Assembly: GCA_963778115.1 (NCBI GenBank)
Contig: CAVZSV010000005.1
Location: 501,863-565,862 of the forward strand
Length of the DNA: 64,000 bases
Origin: an uncultured delta proteobacterium
GTDB lineage: Bacteria > Bdellovibrionota > FAC87 > UBA2466
Direction: 5' to 3'
A program made the translations under genes and the position numbers. Below are positions 10,722 through 20,385 of this stretch, one piece after another. The notes under the pieces are model-generated. The model did no database searches. It saw only the letters and a program-made list of their open reading frames with translations, and had not been told where the DNA came from. The first letter of the stretch is position 1. Each line of letters opens with the position of its first letter.

Positions 10722-10882
10722 CTCTCAATCTATCGAGTAACTCCAACAAAATCCCAAGCCGAAGACACGCTGGATTCCACGTTCGGACTAAACCCACGTG
10801 TACCCATAGCGATTCCCTTTTGGGTATGGCTAGATCAAACACACCGCCAAACAAGTGAAGCGCCCGGCGAAGACGCTCCTTT

Positions 10883-11239
10883 CTAAGGAATCACCGGCTG
10901 CCTGTTGTACGGAAGTACGGAGAGTTCTGGAAGTTTAGGATGGTCGAGCGAGGCCGTCCCCCGATCTACTATTCTGGGGCGAGGGCAGTACTTTCGAAAA
11001 TGGCTGGTGTCACCAGGACAATACCAGGTGTCTTTGAGACTCACCTTCATCCAACGATAGCCGGCATAGTAATGTTCGTACTGAAAGGGATCCAAAGTGC
11101 TCATGACGGAATAGATCCTATCGAGTCTACCGTAAGCATCATATTGTTCGACTTTCAGTTGATAGACTCGATAGCTCGCCATAGCCGACGAAGCCAGAAT
11201 GACAAGTCCCAGAGCAATCAAATGGCAGAGTCTTCTCAC
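10883..11239 (-). CDS. Small secreted hypothetical protein
   Basis: Signal peptide (..AMA-SY), W.CPGDT...YC motif. Confidence 0.6.
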   Translation of the reverse strand: MRRLCHLIALGLVILASSAMASYRVYQLKVEQYDAYGRLDRIYSVMSTLDPFQYEHYYAGYRWMKVSLKDTWYCPGDTSHFRKYCPRPRIVDRGTASLDHPKLPELSVLPYNRQPVIP

Positions 11240-11254
11240 CCTTTACTTATCGGA

Positions 11255-13063
11255 CTATGGGCGAAGAAGCTTTCGCACCCCGTCTTTGAGATAAGTAATC
11301 CTATCGCTATCCATGTGCTCCAAAAAAAGGACGACATGCTTGCGAGAAAGAGATAACTCGTCGCGTAACTCGCTGGTGGTGGCTTGCCCTTTTTTCTGTA
11401 AATAGCCGGTCACTTTCTGACAAAGCGCTTCGTAACGCTGACGGCTCAGATAGTGGTCGTTACCCAAGGACACAACAGAGCCCGCCTTTACCAAATTTGC
11501 CAGGGTTTGCCGAAATTCTTTTTTTTCCAATAGAACGGCTAAGTTGGCCGGGTTCAGTTCACCGCTCAAGCTGTCTAAAATCTTTTTTTCCGCCAGGACT
11601 TCGCTAGGACTACGAGCCACTTCCGCAAACGGATTACGAAAAGACTCCCCTTCTCTCTTTAATCCCAGCGCCTGAATCCAAAGAGGGAGCACTTGGGAAG
11701 CTTTTGCTTTGGGAGCTTCAAACTTACTCTTCCAAATCGCCTCTATCTGACTAAAAGATAATTTTTCTTTTTGCCTTCGTAATTCATTTTTCCACTGTTC
11801 GAGCGGCTCTCTCTTTACGGCAAACGCTTGGGTAGGATCCACCCACCACTCGGCCATTTTCCGAAGAGAATCAACAGAGGTCCCGTAAATTGAAGCTTGA
11901 AAAAGATGTCTCTGCACCACCGATTGCTTCTCCCACAGAAATTCAGTAAACCCCTTTTCGGAATCGGACCAATGCGATAACCATTGGCAACTAAGCTTGT
12001 GAGCTCCTTTCGTAGGCTCTAGATCAATCACGACTGCAAATCCCAAAAGCCGTTCGTCTCCGGAGGAACGAATCATAAAAGGCTCGCCCGCTCTCAAGGG
12101 AACTGCTGCTGTAAATTTAAATCTCGCGAATCGCTCCCCTTCTTTGTTCAAAGGAATTAAGGTTGCTACAAAGTTTCCAGTCCCCACATGCACGGTGCAT
12201 TGGACTGATCTCATCGGGGTTTTCACGGGATTGAACCAAGTCACCTTGGCATCGCATTGCAAAACAAGCTGACTCATGGGTTTACTCTCGATGAGAGCCC
12301 CACGATCCACATCTTCCTTGGAGATCTTTGATAGTTGAATGGCCAAGCGCGATACCGGCTCGGCGACCGAAACAGAGTGGTGGTAACATTGGAGGGATTT
12401 CACCACCGCAGTTTTCCCGGAAGTAACCAGAGTTACCGTATCCCCTTCCCTAAGCGCCCCTTCGCGCAAAGTTCCGGTGACGATTACGCCTAAGCCTTTT
12501 GGCACAAAAACTCTGTCGACCCATAATCTAGCATTCCTTCTATCAAGGGGCGCGGGAAGAGAGGTGACTAGGTTCTGGACTTCGTCTTTTACCTCTTTTA
12601 ACGACTCCTCAGAGTGGATAGAAAAGAGAACCACCGGACTCTTTTCCGTAAAGGCCCCTTCCAACTTCTCTTGCAGTTGCCTCTGGACTTCTAGTGCGCG
12701 TACCGGAGGCACAAGATCGGTTTTGGAAACTATTCCTATTCCTCGCCTAACTCCCAATCCTTTTAAGACTTGTAGATGCTCTTCACTTTGAGGCATCCAT
12801 CCATCATCGGCTGCGACCACAAAGAGAAAAGCGTCCATGGCCGAAACACCCGATGCCATATTCTTAACAAATCGGTGGTGTCCGGGAACATCGACAATCC
12901 CGATCCGTTTCCCGGACTTAAGCGCTAAGGAGACGAAATTAAGATCTATCGTCATTGCTCTTCGCTTCTCCTCGGGCAGTCGGTCAGGCTCTAGACCTGT
13001 CAGAAGTCTTAAAAGAGAGGACTTTCCGTGATCCACATGGCCCGCGGTTCCTAGGACGAACAC
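11255..13063 (-). CDS. selB: Selenocysteine-specific elongation factor SelB
   Basis: GTAGHVDHGKS, EEKRRAMTIDL, DVPGH, GWMPQSEEH; C-terminal winged helix ELRDELSLSRK; adjacent to selA. Confidence 0.95.
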   Translation of the reverse strand: MFVLGTAGHVDHGKSSLLRLLTGLEPDRLPEEKRRAMTIDLNFVSLALKSGKRIGIVDVPGHHRFVKNMASGVSAMDAFLFVVAADDGWMPQSEEHLQVLKGLGVRRGIGIVSKTDLVPPVRALEVQRQLQEKLEGAFTEKSPVVLFSIHSEESLKEVKDEVQNLVTSLPAPLDRRNARLWVDRVFVPKGLGVIVTGTLREGALREGDTVTLVTSGKTAVVKSLQCYHHSVSVAEPVSRLAIQLSKISKEDVDRGALIESKPMSQLVLQCDAKVTWFNPVKTPMRSVQCTVHVGTGNFVATLIPLNKEGERFARFKFTAAVPLRAGEPFMIRSSGDERLLGFAVVIDLEPTKGAHKLSCQWLSHWSDSEKGFTEFLWEKQSVVQRHLFQASIYGTSVDSLRKMAEWWVDPTQAFAVKREPLEQWKNELRRQKEKLSFSQIEAIWKSKFEAPKAKASQVLPLWIQALGLKREGESFRNPFAEVARSPSEVLAEKKILDSLSGELNPANLAVLLEKKEFRQTLANLVKAGSVVSLGNDHYLSRQRYEALCQKVTGYLQKKGQATTSELRDELSLSRKHVVLFLEHMDSDRITYLKDGVRKLLRP

Positions 13064-14406
13064 AAAAGCCTCTCGCGAAGGGTTTCGATGAACGCCGCCT
13101 CTTCGGAAGGAAATACTGTTCTTAGATCAAAGGAGAGTTTGCAATGGGCTTTTCGTGCCACCACAGGAACTTTTGCCGTGAGAAGGGTACGGCAAGCCGC
13201 TTCTACATCATCGACGGGGATCTCAATTAACCAGGTAGGCAACTCTTCAGCGGGAAGAGCGCCTCCTCCCACCGAACTTGTGCCGGCAACCACGCTAGCC
13301 TGGGAACCTAATTTCGTTGCTATAGCCAAAGCACGATCTTTTATCTCGTTAGGATCCAAGGTGATTAGTTTCACCGCCGGCGGTTGGCGCCCTTCCAAAT
13401 AGTCGTGGAGAGCCGCTTCAAGAAAGTAGATCTCAGTCTTTCCCACTCTAAGCGCTCGATACAACGGACACTCCTTCAACTTCTTTATCCAGGATGCTTT
13501 TCCGATGATAAATCCAGCTTGAGCGCCGCCTAGTAATTTATCCCCACTAAAACAAACGATGTCAGCGCCTTGATCTAAAGCCTCTTGAATCCTGGTCTCA
13601 TTAACGGCCAAGCGAAGCATTGCCCCGCCCCCCAAATCGAAAACCAGAGGGATTTCGTGAGTCTTGGATAGCATGGCTAACGCTTTTAGTGACACGGATT
13701 GCGTATGGCCTTCGACAACAAAATTACTCTGATGAACCTTTAACAATACCGCGGTATCGCTCGTTATTGCCTTTTCGTAGTCCTCTATAGAAGTGATGTT
13801 GGTCGTTCCCACTTCTTTCAAGTGAACTCCACTAGTCTCCATGATTTCAGGAATGCGAAAGCCTCCTCCTATTTGCACCAACTCTCCACGCGACACTACG
13901 GCAGACTTCCCCTTTGCGATCGCATGAAGGGCAAGGACTAGGGCGGCGGCGTTGTTATTAACTACCAGGGCACTTTCCGCCCCGGTACAGAGTTCAATCA
14001 AAGCTTCCACTCGACCCGTTCGACTCCCTCTATCCCCTCTCGCCAAATCGAACTCTAAATCACAATAGCCGTCCAAAACGCCGGCGGCGTTCTTCCACCA
14101 CTGGATTCCCAAAGGAGCACGACCCAGATTGGTGTGTAAAACCACTCCCGTGGCGTTGATCACTTTTTTGAGCGAAAGCTCAGTCCAGGCTTGATAGCTT
14201 TCTTGCAAACGATTTACGATTTCATGACGGGCCGGACACGCCGCTCCCTTTTTGATTTCCGTGCGAAGCGCGTCGATAACCCTCTGCGCCATCCGGACCC
14301 GATACGCGCGGACTAACTTATCATTCCAAGCCATTAGCTCTGGACTCTCAACCAAGGTCTCAACACTGGGAATTTGCTGAAAAGACGTTTTATCGGAGGT
14401 TGTCAT
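13051..14406 (-). CDS. selA: L-seryl-tRNA(Sec) selenium transferase
   Basis: INATGVVLHTNLGRAP, VNNNAAA, SRGELVQIGGGFRIP, FSGDKLLGG (PLP lysine). Confidence 0.96.
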   Translation of the reverse strand: MTTSDKTSFQQIPSVETLVESPELMAWNDKLVRAYRVRMAQRVIDALRTEIKKGAACPARHEIVNRLQESYQAWTELSLKKVINATGVVLHTNLGRAPLGIQWWKNAAGVLDGYCDLEFDLARGDRGSRTGRVEALIELCTGAESALVVNNNAAALVLALHAIAKGKSAVVSRGELVQIGGGFRIPEIMETSGVHLKEVGTTNITSIEDYEKAITSDTAVLLKVHQSNFVVEGHTQSVSLKALAMLSKTHEIPLVFDLGGGAMLRLAVNETRIQEALDQGADIVCFSGDKLLGGAQAGFIIGKASWIKKLKECPLYRALRVGKTEIYFLEAALHDYLEGRQPPAVKLITLDPNEIKDRALAIATKLGSQASVVAGTSSVGGGALPAEELPTWLIEIPVDDVEAACRTLLTAKVPVVARKAHCKLSFDLRTVFPSEEAAFIETLRERLLCSS

Positions 14407-14423
14407 TAGCTATTAACCTCATG

Positions 14424-15236
14424 CTAAGTCGTGGTGGCCTCTGCTGAAGCCCATCTGACTGCTATTACGGAAAATTCATACAGCATCCATAAGGGAGCCC
14501 AAACGATCAACATCGAAAAGGCATCCGGAGTGGGACTGATAAACGCCGCCAAAATTCCAAGTCCGAGAATGGCATGGCGGCGGTACCGGGAGAGTGCCTT
14601 GGCTTCCAATAATCCGAATCGAGCTAGAAGTACCAAAAGTACCGGCAGCTCAAAGACAAGGCCCGTCGTCGCCATCATTTTTAAGGTCAAAGTAAAGTAC
14701 TGCTCTAAACGAATGCGGGGCAATCCCCCTGATACGCCAAACTTAAGCATAAACCGGTAACAACTTGGAATGATCACGTAGAAAGCAAACGCTGCTCCCA
14801 GCAAAAACGCCACACTCCCCAACGCCAGAAACGGAATTAAAAAGCGCCGTTCGTGTTTATATAGGGCCGGAGCAACAAACCACCATAACTGATAGAGCAA
14901 GTACGGGGAGGTCGCTACAATCCCTGCCACTAGACTCACTTTGAAATACACCATGAACTTTTCGGCAACGCCTAAATAATAAAGGTGAGCCTCAGCGGGA
15001 GGCAGTAGCTTTAAATACGGTTTTTCCAAAAAGGCAACGATGCGGTCGCAGACTAAATACCCGCCTGTCGCACCTATAAACAGAGCGGCCAGCACACGAA
15101 CGATGACTTTGCGTAAATCGTCGAGATGCTGCCATAACGGCATGCGACTTGAATCGTCTTTTAAGTCGTCTGTAGACACTGGGGAAGTCGAAGAGGGAGG
15201 GGAATTAGCACCAGTCGGAACCGTCGGCTCTTGCAT
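14424..15236 (-). CDS. tatC: Twin-arginine translocase subunit TatC
   Basis: MPLWQHLDDLR, FVAPALY..E, FELP, TPDA, LYE motifs; 6 TMs. Confidence 0.95.
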   Translation of the reverse strand: MQEPTVPTGANSPPSSTSPVSTDDLKDDSSRMPLWQHLDDLRKVIVRVLAALFIGATGGYLVCDRIVAFLEKPYLKLLPPAEAHLYYLGVAEKFMVYFKVSLVAGIVATSPYLLYQLWWFVAPALYKHERRFLIPFLALGSVAFLLGAAFAFYVIIPSCYRFMLKFGVSGGLPRIRLEQYFTLTLKMMATTGLVFELPVLLVLLARFGLLEAKALSRYRRHAILGLGILAAFISPTPDAFSMLIVWAPLWMLYEFSVIAVRWASAEATTT

Positions 15237-15246
15237 GAACAGCCTG

Positions 15247-15513
15247 TCAGGTGGATGACTTACCGGAATCGCCCCCGGACGCTGCGTCCTTCTTTATTTC
15301 GGTAGTCTGCGTTTGGGTAGGTTTTTCTGTAAGCGTTGGAGAATTCGCCGGAGGGAGGGTCTGTTTAGGCTCATCCCCTTCCTCAAGAGCTTTCTTAAAA
15401 TCTCGAATTCCTTTACCCAATCCTTTGGCCAATTCGGGTAACCGCTTTGGGCCAAATAGAAGAAGGGCCGCCCCACCAATAACTAAAAGTTCAGGAAGTC
15501 CAAGTTCGAACAT
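15247..15513 (-). CDS. tatA: Twin-arginine translocase TatA/E subunit
   Basis: LGLPELL...[24 protein letters not shown]. Confidence 0.93.
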   Translation of the reverse strand: MFELGLPELLVIGGAALLLFGPKRLPELAKGLGKGIRDFKKALEEGDEPKQTLPPANSPTLTEKPTQTQTTEIKKDAASGGDSGKSST

Positions 15514-15664
15514 AATAGTTACCTTAACGCACTTTAGGCCTCTTCGTCAAAAGATGAACGAACCCACGAATATCACTGTCGGATTCTAGGGGAATCGCTT
15601 AAAATAATGGGAAGCCTTTAGAGCCTCAAAGCACCCCCGATTACTCGGAAAAAAACGGCACCTT

Positions 15665-16765
15665 GTGAGCGCAAAACATCTGAAACTTTCGCAGAATCAC
15701 ATGGCAACCACGTTCGATTTTGTGATTAGCTGCGGAGAGACTCGTTTGGTCGCGGCACGTGAAGTGCTTCTCCAAGGCCATCGATTAGTCAGTCAGCTCG
15801 AAGCCGAATTGACCGAGTTTATCGACGAGAGTCCCATTGCGACAATTAACCGTTCCCTCCCCGGAACGCGAATTAAGGTTACCCAAAGTGCTATCGACCT
15901 GTTCGTTTTGTCGGAAAGACTTCGCATGGCTACCCAGGGTGCTTTCCATTGTTGCGCTAAGAGCGCCCCGTTATCTGATGCGTCATTTTCTTGGGATGCG
16001 CAAAGCATGACCGCATGGCGAAATACTAAAGCGACCCACATCGGTTTTGGAGCCATCGGCAAAGGCTACGCACTCGATCGAGTCCGAGAGCTCATAGAGC
16101 AAGCTGGATTTCAGGACTACTTCTTAAGCGGCGGCGGTAGCAGCCTTATCATCTGCGGATTTTGCGCTCCGAAGGTGGCCTGGAAATGGGGATGGAGCTG
16201 GCAAAAAGCCCAGAACGCAGATCCGCTAGGAATCAGCTTTTCGCACGAAGGGGGAGCATCCGTCGCCATCGGAGTTTCAGGTCTCCACGAAAAAGGATTT
16301 CATATTATCGATCCGCGCAACAACGAAAAAGCCCAAACTGCCCGAAGTGCCCTAGTCGCCCTTCCTTCGGCAGCCGAAGCCGATGCTTTGTCCACAGCGC
16401 TATTTGTCGGAGGCTGGGAAGAAGAGACAAAGCACTTTGCCAAACTTCCCACCTTGCCCGCGATGGCCGTCATCGATAACGACTCCAAACCCAGATGGAA
16501 CGGAACTTTTCAAAAATTGTGGGGTTCGGTGTCCTCCTTCGTTCCCATCGTCTGCCTGTTTTTTTGGTCATCCCTCCTTCTTGCCGATGATAGCGTCGAC
16601 CTAGGGGGAACGGCTGATGTCTTTGCCCCTTACACCTTTGACAGAAATTATTGGTTCACTTTGTTACCTTTGGCGGCGCTTGGATTGGTTCTGCTTCACT
16701 TACAGAAGCTGAACTCCCGACCCCAAACTCAACCACACCAAACGGAGGAAACTCATGAGACGTAA
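15665..16765 (+). CDS. apbE: ApbE-family FAD:protein FMN transferase with C-terminal hydrophobic extension
   Basis: MATTF, GAIGKGYALD, HIIDPR, ADALSTALF motifs; no N-terminal signal peptide. Confidence 0.85.
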   Translation: MSAKHLKLSQNHMATTFDFVISCGETRLVAAREVLLQGHRLVSQLEAELTEFIDESPIATINRSLPGTRIKVTQSAIDLFVLSERLRMATQGAFHCCAKSAPLSDASFSWDAQSMTAWRNTKATHIGFGAIGKGYALDRVRELIEQAGFQDYFLSGGGSSLIICGFCAPKVAWKWGWSWQKAQNADPLGISFSHEGGASVAIGVSGLHEKGFHIIDPRNNEKAQTARSALVALPSAAEADALSTALFVGGWEEETKHFAKLPTLPAMAVIDNDSKPRWNGTFQKLWGSVSSFVPIVCLFFWSSLLLADDSVDLGGTADVFAPYTFDRNYWFTLLPLAALGLVLLHLQKLNSRPQTQPHQTEETHET

Positions 16766-17249
16766 TACGGCCAAACTCTTAACCGGTTCGTTATTATTAC
16801 TGCAAATCACGGCCGCTCAATCGAGCGAATTCATGCCTTTAAAGACAGCCCTCTCCAAAGCACTAGGAACCACCAAAGCTTTCCAGAAAAAGATCGGAAC
16901 TGACAACGTCTACTACGCTAAAGATAGCGCCGGAAAGCCGACGAAGTTAGCCATCGTTCAAAAAGGCCTTTATAAACCCGATTGCACCCATACCTGGGTC
17001 ATCGGAATGAACGCAAACGATTCCACCGTTGATCAAGTTCTCGTCGTGGAGATGAAATGCCCCCACGCTTTCCCGACAAACAAAGCCTTTTACCTCGATC
17101 AATACAAAGGGAAAGGACCGGCCGATGTCGCTAACCTAAAAAGCCAAGTCACTACCGTTGCTAAGGCCACTGCGACTTCGAACTTAACGACCGATGCCGT
17201 CGTTACCGCGATTAACGACGCCGTTGCCTTTCACAAGGAAGTCAACTAG
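16755..17249 (+). CDS. Exported FMN-binding-domain protein (putative flavinylation substrate)
   Basis: GGAGG RBS, signal peptide, LDQYKGK...VTTVAKATATS resembles the FMN_bind [S/T]GAT motif region; directly after apbE. Confidence 0.7.
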   Translation: MRRNTAKLLTGSLLLLQITAAQSSEFMPLKTALSKALGTTKAFQKKIGTDNVYYAKDSAGKPTKLAIVQKGLYKPDCTHTWVIGMNANDSTVDQVLVVEMKCPHAFPTNKAFYLDQYKGKGPADVANLKSQVTTVAKATATSNLTTDAVVTAINDAVAFHKEVN

Positions 17250-18826
17250 TGCTCGGAATGCCGACAAGACGAATTCGCATCGTGGTACAAGGGGCGGTCT
17301 TCGCCCTGTGGGTGGCATTAATTTTTGCCACCCACTACCCGATGCAGTCTTGGCTCGTAAAGCATATTCCTGTCTCGCTGATTCTGCGGATTGACCCTTT
17401 GGTCATGACGGTGGTCTGCGGCGGTATGAGAATGGCGGTTACGATTACGCTATTGGGTGCCGTAACCCTCGTCGTCAGTTTACTTCTAGGAAGAGTGTTT
17501 TGTGGGTGGGTCTGCCCGCTAGGAACCATCTTTGACGCTTACGGTTGGATCCTCAAGCGTCTGAACGTCAAGATCGAAGGCCCTTCTCCTAAATGGTTTA
17601 CTTTCAAATACTACCTTCTTGCCGCAATTTTGGTGTTCGCGGTGCTGGGAGGGGTAAGTCCGCTGATGGGGTTTGATCCCATCGTTCTACTGACCCGAAC
17701 GGTAGCGACTCTCATCAATCCCTTTGTGCTTCGGCCTCGCCAATTTACTTGGAGTGTTTTAGATGCTCCGGGAAACTACGGCTACTTTATCGACGGGGCT
17801 ACCCTAATCTTGTTCATGGCGATCATGAGCGGTACGACTCGACTCTCCCGAATCTGGTGTCGCACGGCCTGCCCGCTTGGAGCCTATTTAGCAGTTCTTT
17901 CCAGAAATTCAGTCTTGCGCCGCGATACTACCGGATGTGTCCATTGCAACATTTGCGCTACTCATTGTCCTACGGGGGCCATCCATTTTAATAACGAAGA
18001 GATTTATAATGAATCCGAATGCATTAAGTGTTTTTCCTGTTCCCAGGTCTGTCCGGTGGATGCCAACTTCTTTACTTACAAGTCACCCGTCCCGGCGGTA
18101 AGCCCGTCCCAACATCCCGTTTCCCTCGATAGAAGAACACTTCTTGCAACGATTACAGGTACGCTCATCGCTTCCCCCATACTTAGGATGGCCTCGGGCA
18201 ATCCCCTATCGCAAAAAAAGCTGCTTCGCCCTCCCATGAGCCGCGAAGAGCGCGACTTCTTATCGAGTTGCATCCGCTGTACCGAATGCATCAAAGCCTG
18301 CCCGACCGGAATATTAAAACCGGCGGGCCTCGAATTCGGACTTCGAGCGTTCTGGTCTCCAGTAATGGTGCCGACGGAAGGTTATTGCAAGCAAGGTTGT
18401 AACGCTTGCTCGGAAGCCTGTCCCACCGACGCCATCATGAAATATCCCATCGATCAAAAATATACCTTTAAGTCTGGGACCGCGTTCCTAGAGTCTTCTC
18501 GCTGCATTAGTTACACCGAGCGCAAATTCTGTAGCGAATGTGTCAGAGTCTGCCCCACCAATGCCATTGATATTGTCCGTGGTTGGGAACCTCCGGGTGT
18601 CGATCTCGGCCGGTGGGGAGTTCCCAAAGAGAGTGCCGATTTTCCAGCCCCCAATAACCAAACTCCAACGCGCCCCATTCAGGTCACTTTTGAAAAGTGC
18701 ATCGGTTGCGGGGCTTGCGAAAATGCCTGTAATCAGATCGTCATGGGAAGCCCCGCCATGGTTACCACCTCCTTTGGGCGCGCCACCCCAGCCAAAGTGA
18801 CTGAAGTTGCCCCGCATCCCATTTGA
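17249..18826 (+). CDS. Membrane polyferredoxin (NapH/MauN-like N-terminus plus NapG/MauM-like C-terminus)
   Basis: CGWVCP and CRTACP motifs, about six 4Fe-4S motifs, internal LDRRTLL twin-arginine motif before the last TM. Confidence 0.88.
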   Translation: MLGMPTRRIRIVVQGAVFALWVALIFATHYPMQSWLVKHIPVSLILRIDPLVMTVVCGGMRMAVTITLLGAVTLVVSLLLGRVFCGWVCPLGTIFDAYGWILKRLNVKIEGPSPKWFTFKYYLLAAILVFAVLGGVSPLMGFDPIVLLTRTVATLINPFVLRPRQFTWSVLDAPGNYGYFIDGATLILFMAIMSGTTRLSRIWCRTACPLGAYLAVLSRNSVLRRDTTGCVHCNICATHCPTGAIHFNNEEIYNESECIKCFSCSQVCPVDANFFTYKSPVPAVSPSQHPVSLDRRTLLATITGTLIASPILRMASGNPLSQKKLLRPPMSREERDFLSSCIRCTECIKACPTGILKPAGLEFGLRAFWSPVMVPTEGYCKQGCNACSEACPTDAIMKYPIDQKYTFKSGTAFLESSRCISYTERKFCSECVRVCPTNAIDIVRGWEPPGVDLGRWGVPKESADFPAPNNQTPTRPIQVTFEKCIGCGACENACNQIVMGSPAMVTTSFGRATPAKVTEVAPHPI

Positions 18827-18840
18827 GTTTCGGGGCAACT
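18805..18840 (+). terminator. Hairpin straddling the polyferredoxin stop codon
   Basis: Perfect 10-bp inverted repeat AGTTGCCCCG / CGGGGCAACT; no U-tract follows. Confidence 0.35.
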
Positions 18841-18857
18841 GGGTCTAAGATGGGTTC

Positions 18858-19067
18858 ATGGCTCTTGGGCTACCTGAAATTTTAGTATTGGGATCGATTG
18901 TGATTCTTATCTCCGGCAGGAAAAAAATTCCTAACGCCTTTTCCGACTTAGGAAAATCTTTCAAATCGTTTAAATCAGGGCTCGAGGGCGAAGAAGACGA
19001 ACGGCCCGTCCGAGAGGTCGAAGAGCTTGCTAAAGCTAAAGACCCTTCTCAAAAGACCAAACCATAA
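18858..19067 (+). CDS. Second TatA/E-like subunit
   Basis: LGLPEILVL...SGRKKIP...DLGKSFKSFK; paralogous to 15247..15513. Confidence 0.82.
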   Translation: MALGLPEILVLGSIVILISGRKKIPNAFSDLGKSFKSFKSGLEGEEDERPVREVEELAKAKDPSQKTKP

Positions 19068-19104
19068 TGGTCATTGCGAACAATAGTAGCGTGGAAAAGG
19101 TTCA

Positions 19105-20385
19105 TTAAGGTGAAGTGACGGTGTTTGCCCACGTCACGATAAGAGCCGCGTTGGCCGCGGATATAATTTTTCCGCCGGGATGTTCGTTACCCGTGTCCAG
19201 CTCGGCATTTTCAAACAACGGCGATGTCGCAACGTTGGCCCCTAGATTTAGTTCATTAAGCACATTGGTTCGGTTTTGCGTCGCAGTCAGCGTCGTCGAA
19301 TAGATAAAGCCGTTGCCCTGAGTAGGAGAGTGGCAGCTTTGGCAGTTTCCCGCGGTTAAAATAGGAATGACTGAACTAGTGAACAACGCCAGGTCCGCTG
19401 GGGGAGTCGTTGTGGGAGGCGGAGTGGTAACAGGGCTAGTGGCAGCCCCCGAGGTGAAACTAATCCCTAAACCCAAAATATCTCCCGAAGTGCCTAAAGA
19501 GGCAATGCTAGAAGTAGAAGAAGTGAGAGTCACAGGACTCGTTGTCGCCGCCGCCAAAGTATAGCTTGTCGTCGCAAAATCGTTATCCACTACGGTAGTG
19601 GTATTGCCCGAATTGCTCATCGTGAATTGCAGACCGTTAATCTTAAGAGGAGTCGTACTAATCAATTGAAGGTTACTAATCTCGTAAGCCCCTGGAGTCG
19701 TCAATGCTCCCGAAGCGGAGACAACGGTATTAGCGGTACGGGTTAAGGTAACGTTGATAGAAGTTCCGATTTGCCCAGCGTCCGCGAGCGGAAAGTTCAG
19801 TACTACAGCGGATCCCGGCAGAGTGGTAAGACCGCTCGCCAGGGCGGCAGCGCTAATAGTCACAGAGCCGGCGCTTACATAGGTGAGATTACTCCCCCCC
19901 GTTGGAGTCGTGCACATCGAAGCGTATTGGGTCGTGTATTCATTGTAGGAGACTTCCGCCTGAACCCAGCTCGAAATGTCCTGGTTCAGTTTGCTGCCTG
20001 GTGTACATAAAGAATTGCCGCAGTGACCGTCTGTGGTTCTGCCCCCAAAAGTGACATCGGGAGCGGAGCTTAGAGGATTTAAGATCCCCTTTAGGAAGGA
20101 ATAAGATTGCGCTGGGTTTGGATAAATGTAAGTAGTCGCCGCCGCATTAGCGCCTCCGGCATGACAGGTAGTGCAAGTCGTAGTGGGCGAAGTCACATCC
20201 GAATAAACGGACTCGGAAAATACCGTTTCCGGAACGGCCGGAGTCGTCATGGAACAAACCGCAAGCCCACCACTCTTAAGTAAAGCGTTACAACCAGAAA
20301 GACCTACCGTGAGAAAGGACAACAAAATCGCTAACCGACATGTGGAAATTTTTTTCAAGATAACAGAGATCAAAGCGAAACTCAT
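19105..20385 (-). CDS. Diheme c-type cytochrome lipoprotein, Ser/Thr-rich
   Basis: Lipobox LSGC; heme motifs CTTCH and CQSCH, each followed by a candidate distal His (GHCG, EHPGG). Confidence 0.75.
   Translation of the reverse strand: MSFALISVILKKISTCRLAILLSFLTVGLSGCNALLKSGGLAVCSMTTPAVPETVFSESVYSDVTSPTTTCTTCHAGGANAAATTYIYPNPAQSYSFLKGILNPLSSAPDVTFGGRTTDGHCGNSLCTPGSKLNQDISSWVQAEVSYNEYTTQYASMCTTPTGGSNLTYVSAGSVTISAAALASGLTTLPGSAVVLNFPLADAGQIGTSINVTLTRTANTVVSASGALTTPGAYEISNLQLISTTPLKINGLQFTMSNSGNTTTVVDNDFATTSYTLAAATTSPVTLTSSTSSIASLGTSGDILGLGISFTSGAATSPVTTPPPTTTPPADLALFTSSVIPILTAGNCQSCHSPTQGNGFIYSTTLTATQNRTNVLNELNLGANVATSPLFENAELDTGNEHPGGKIISAANAALIVTWANTVTSP

Noticed and set aside
18805..18880. 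UGA of the polyferredoxin as a Sec codon with SECIS
   Set aside because: The hairpin encloses the UGA rather than starting downstream of it. Readthrough adds only ~17 unremarkable residues with no redox motif.
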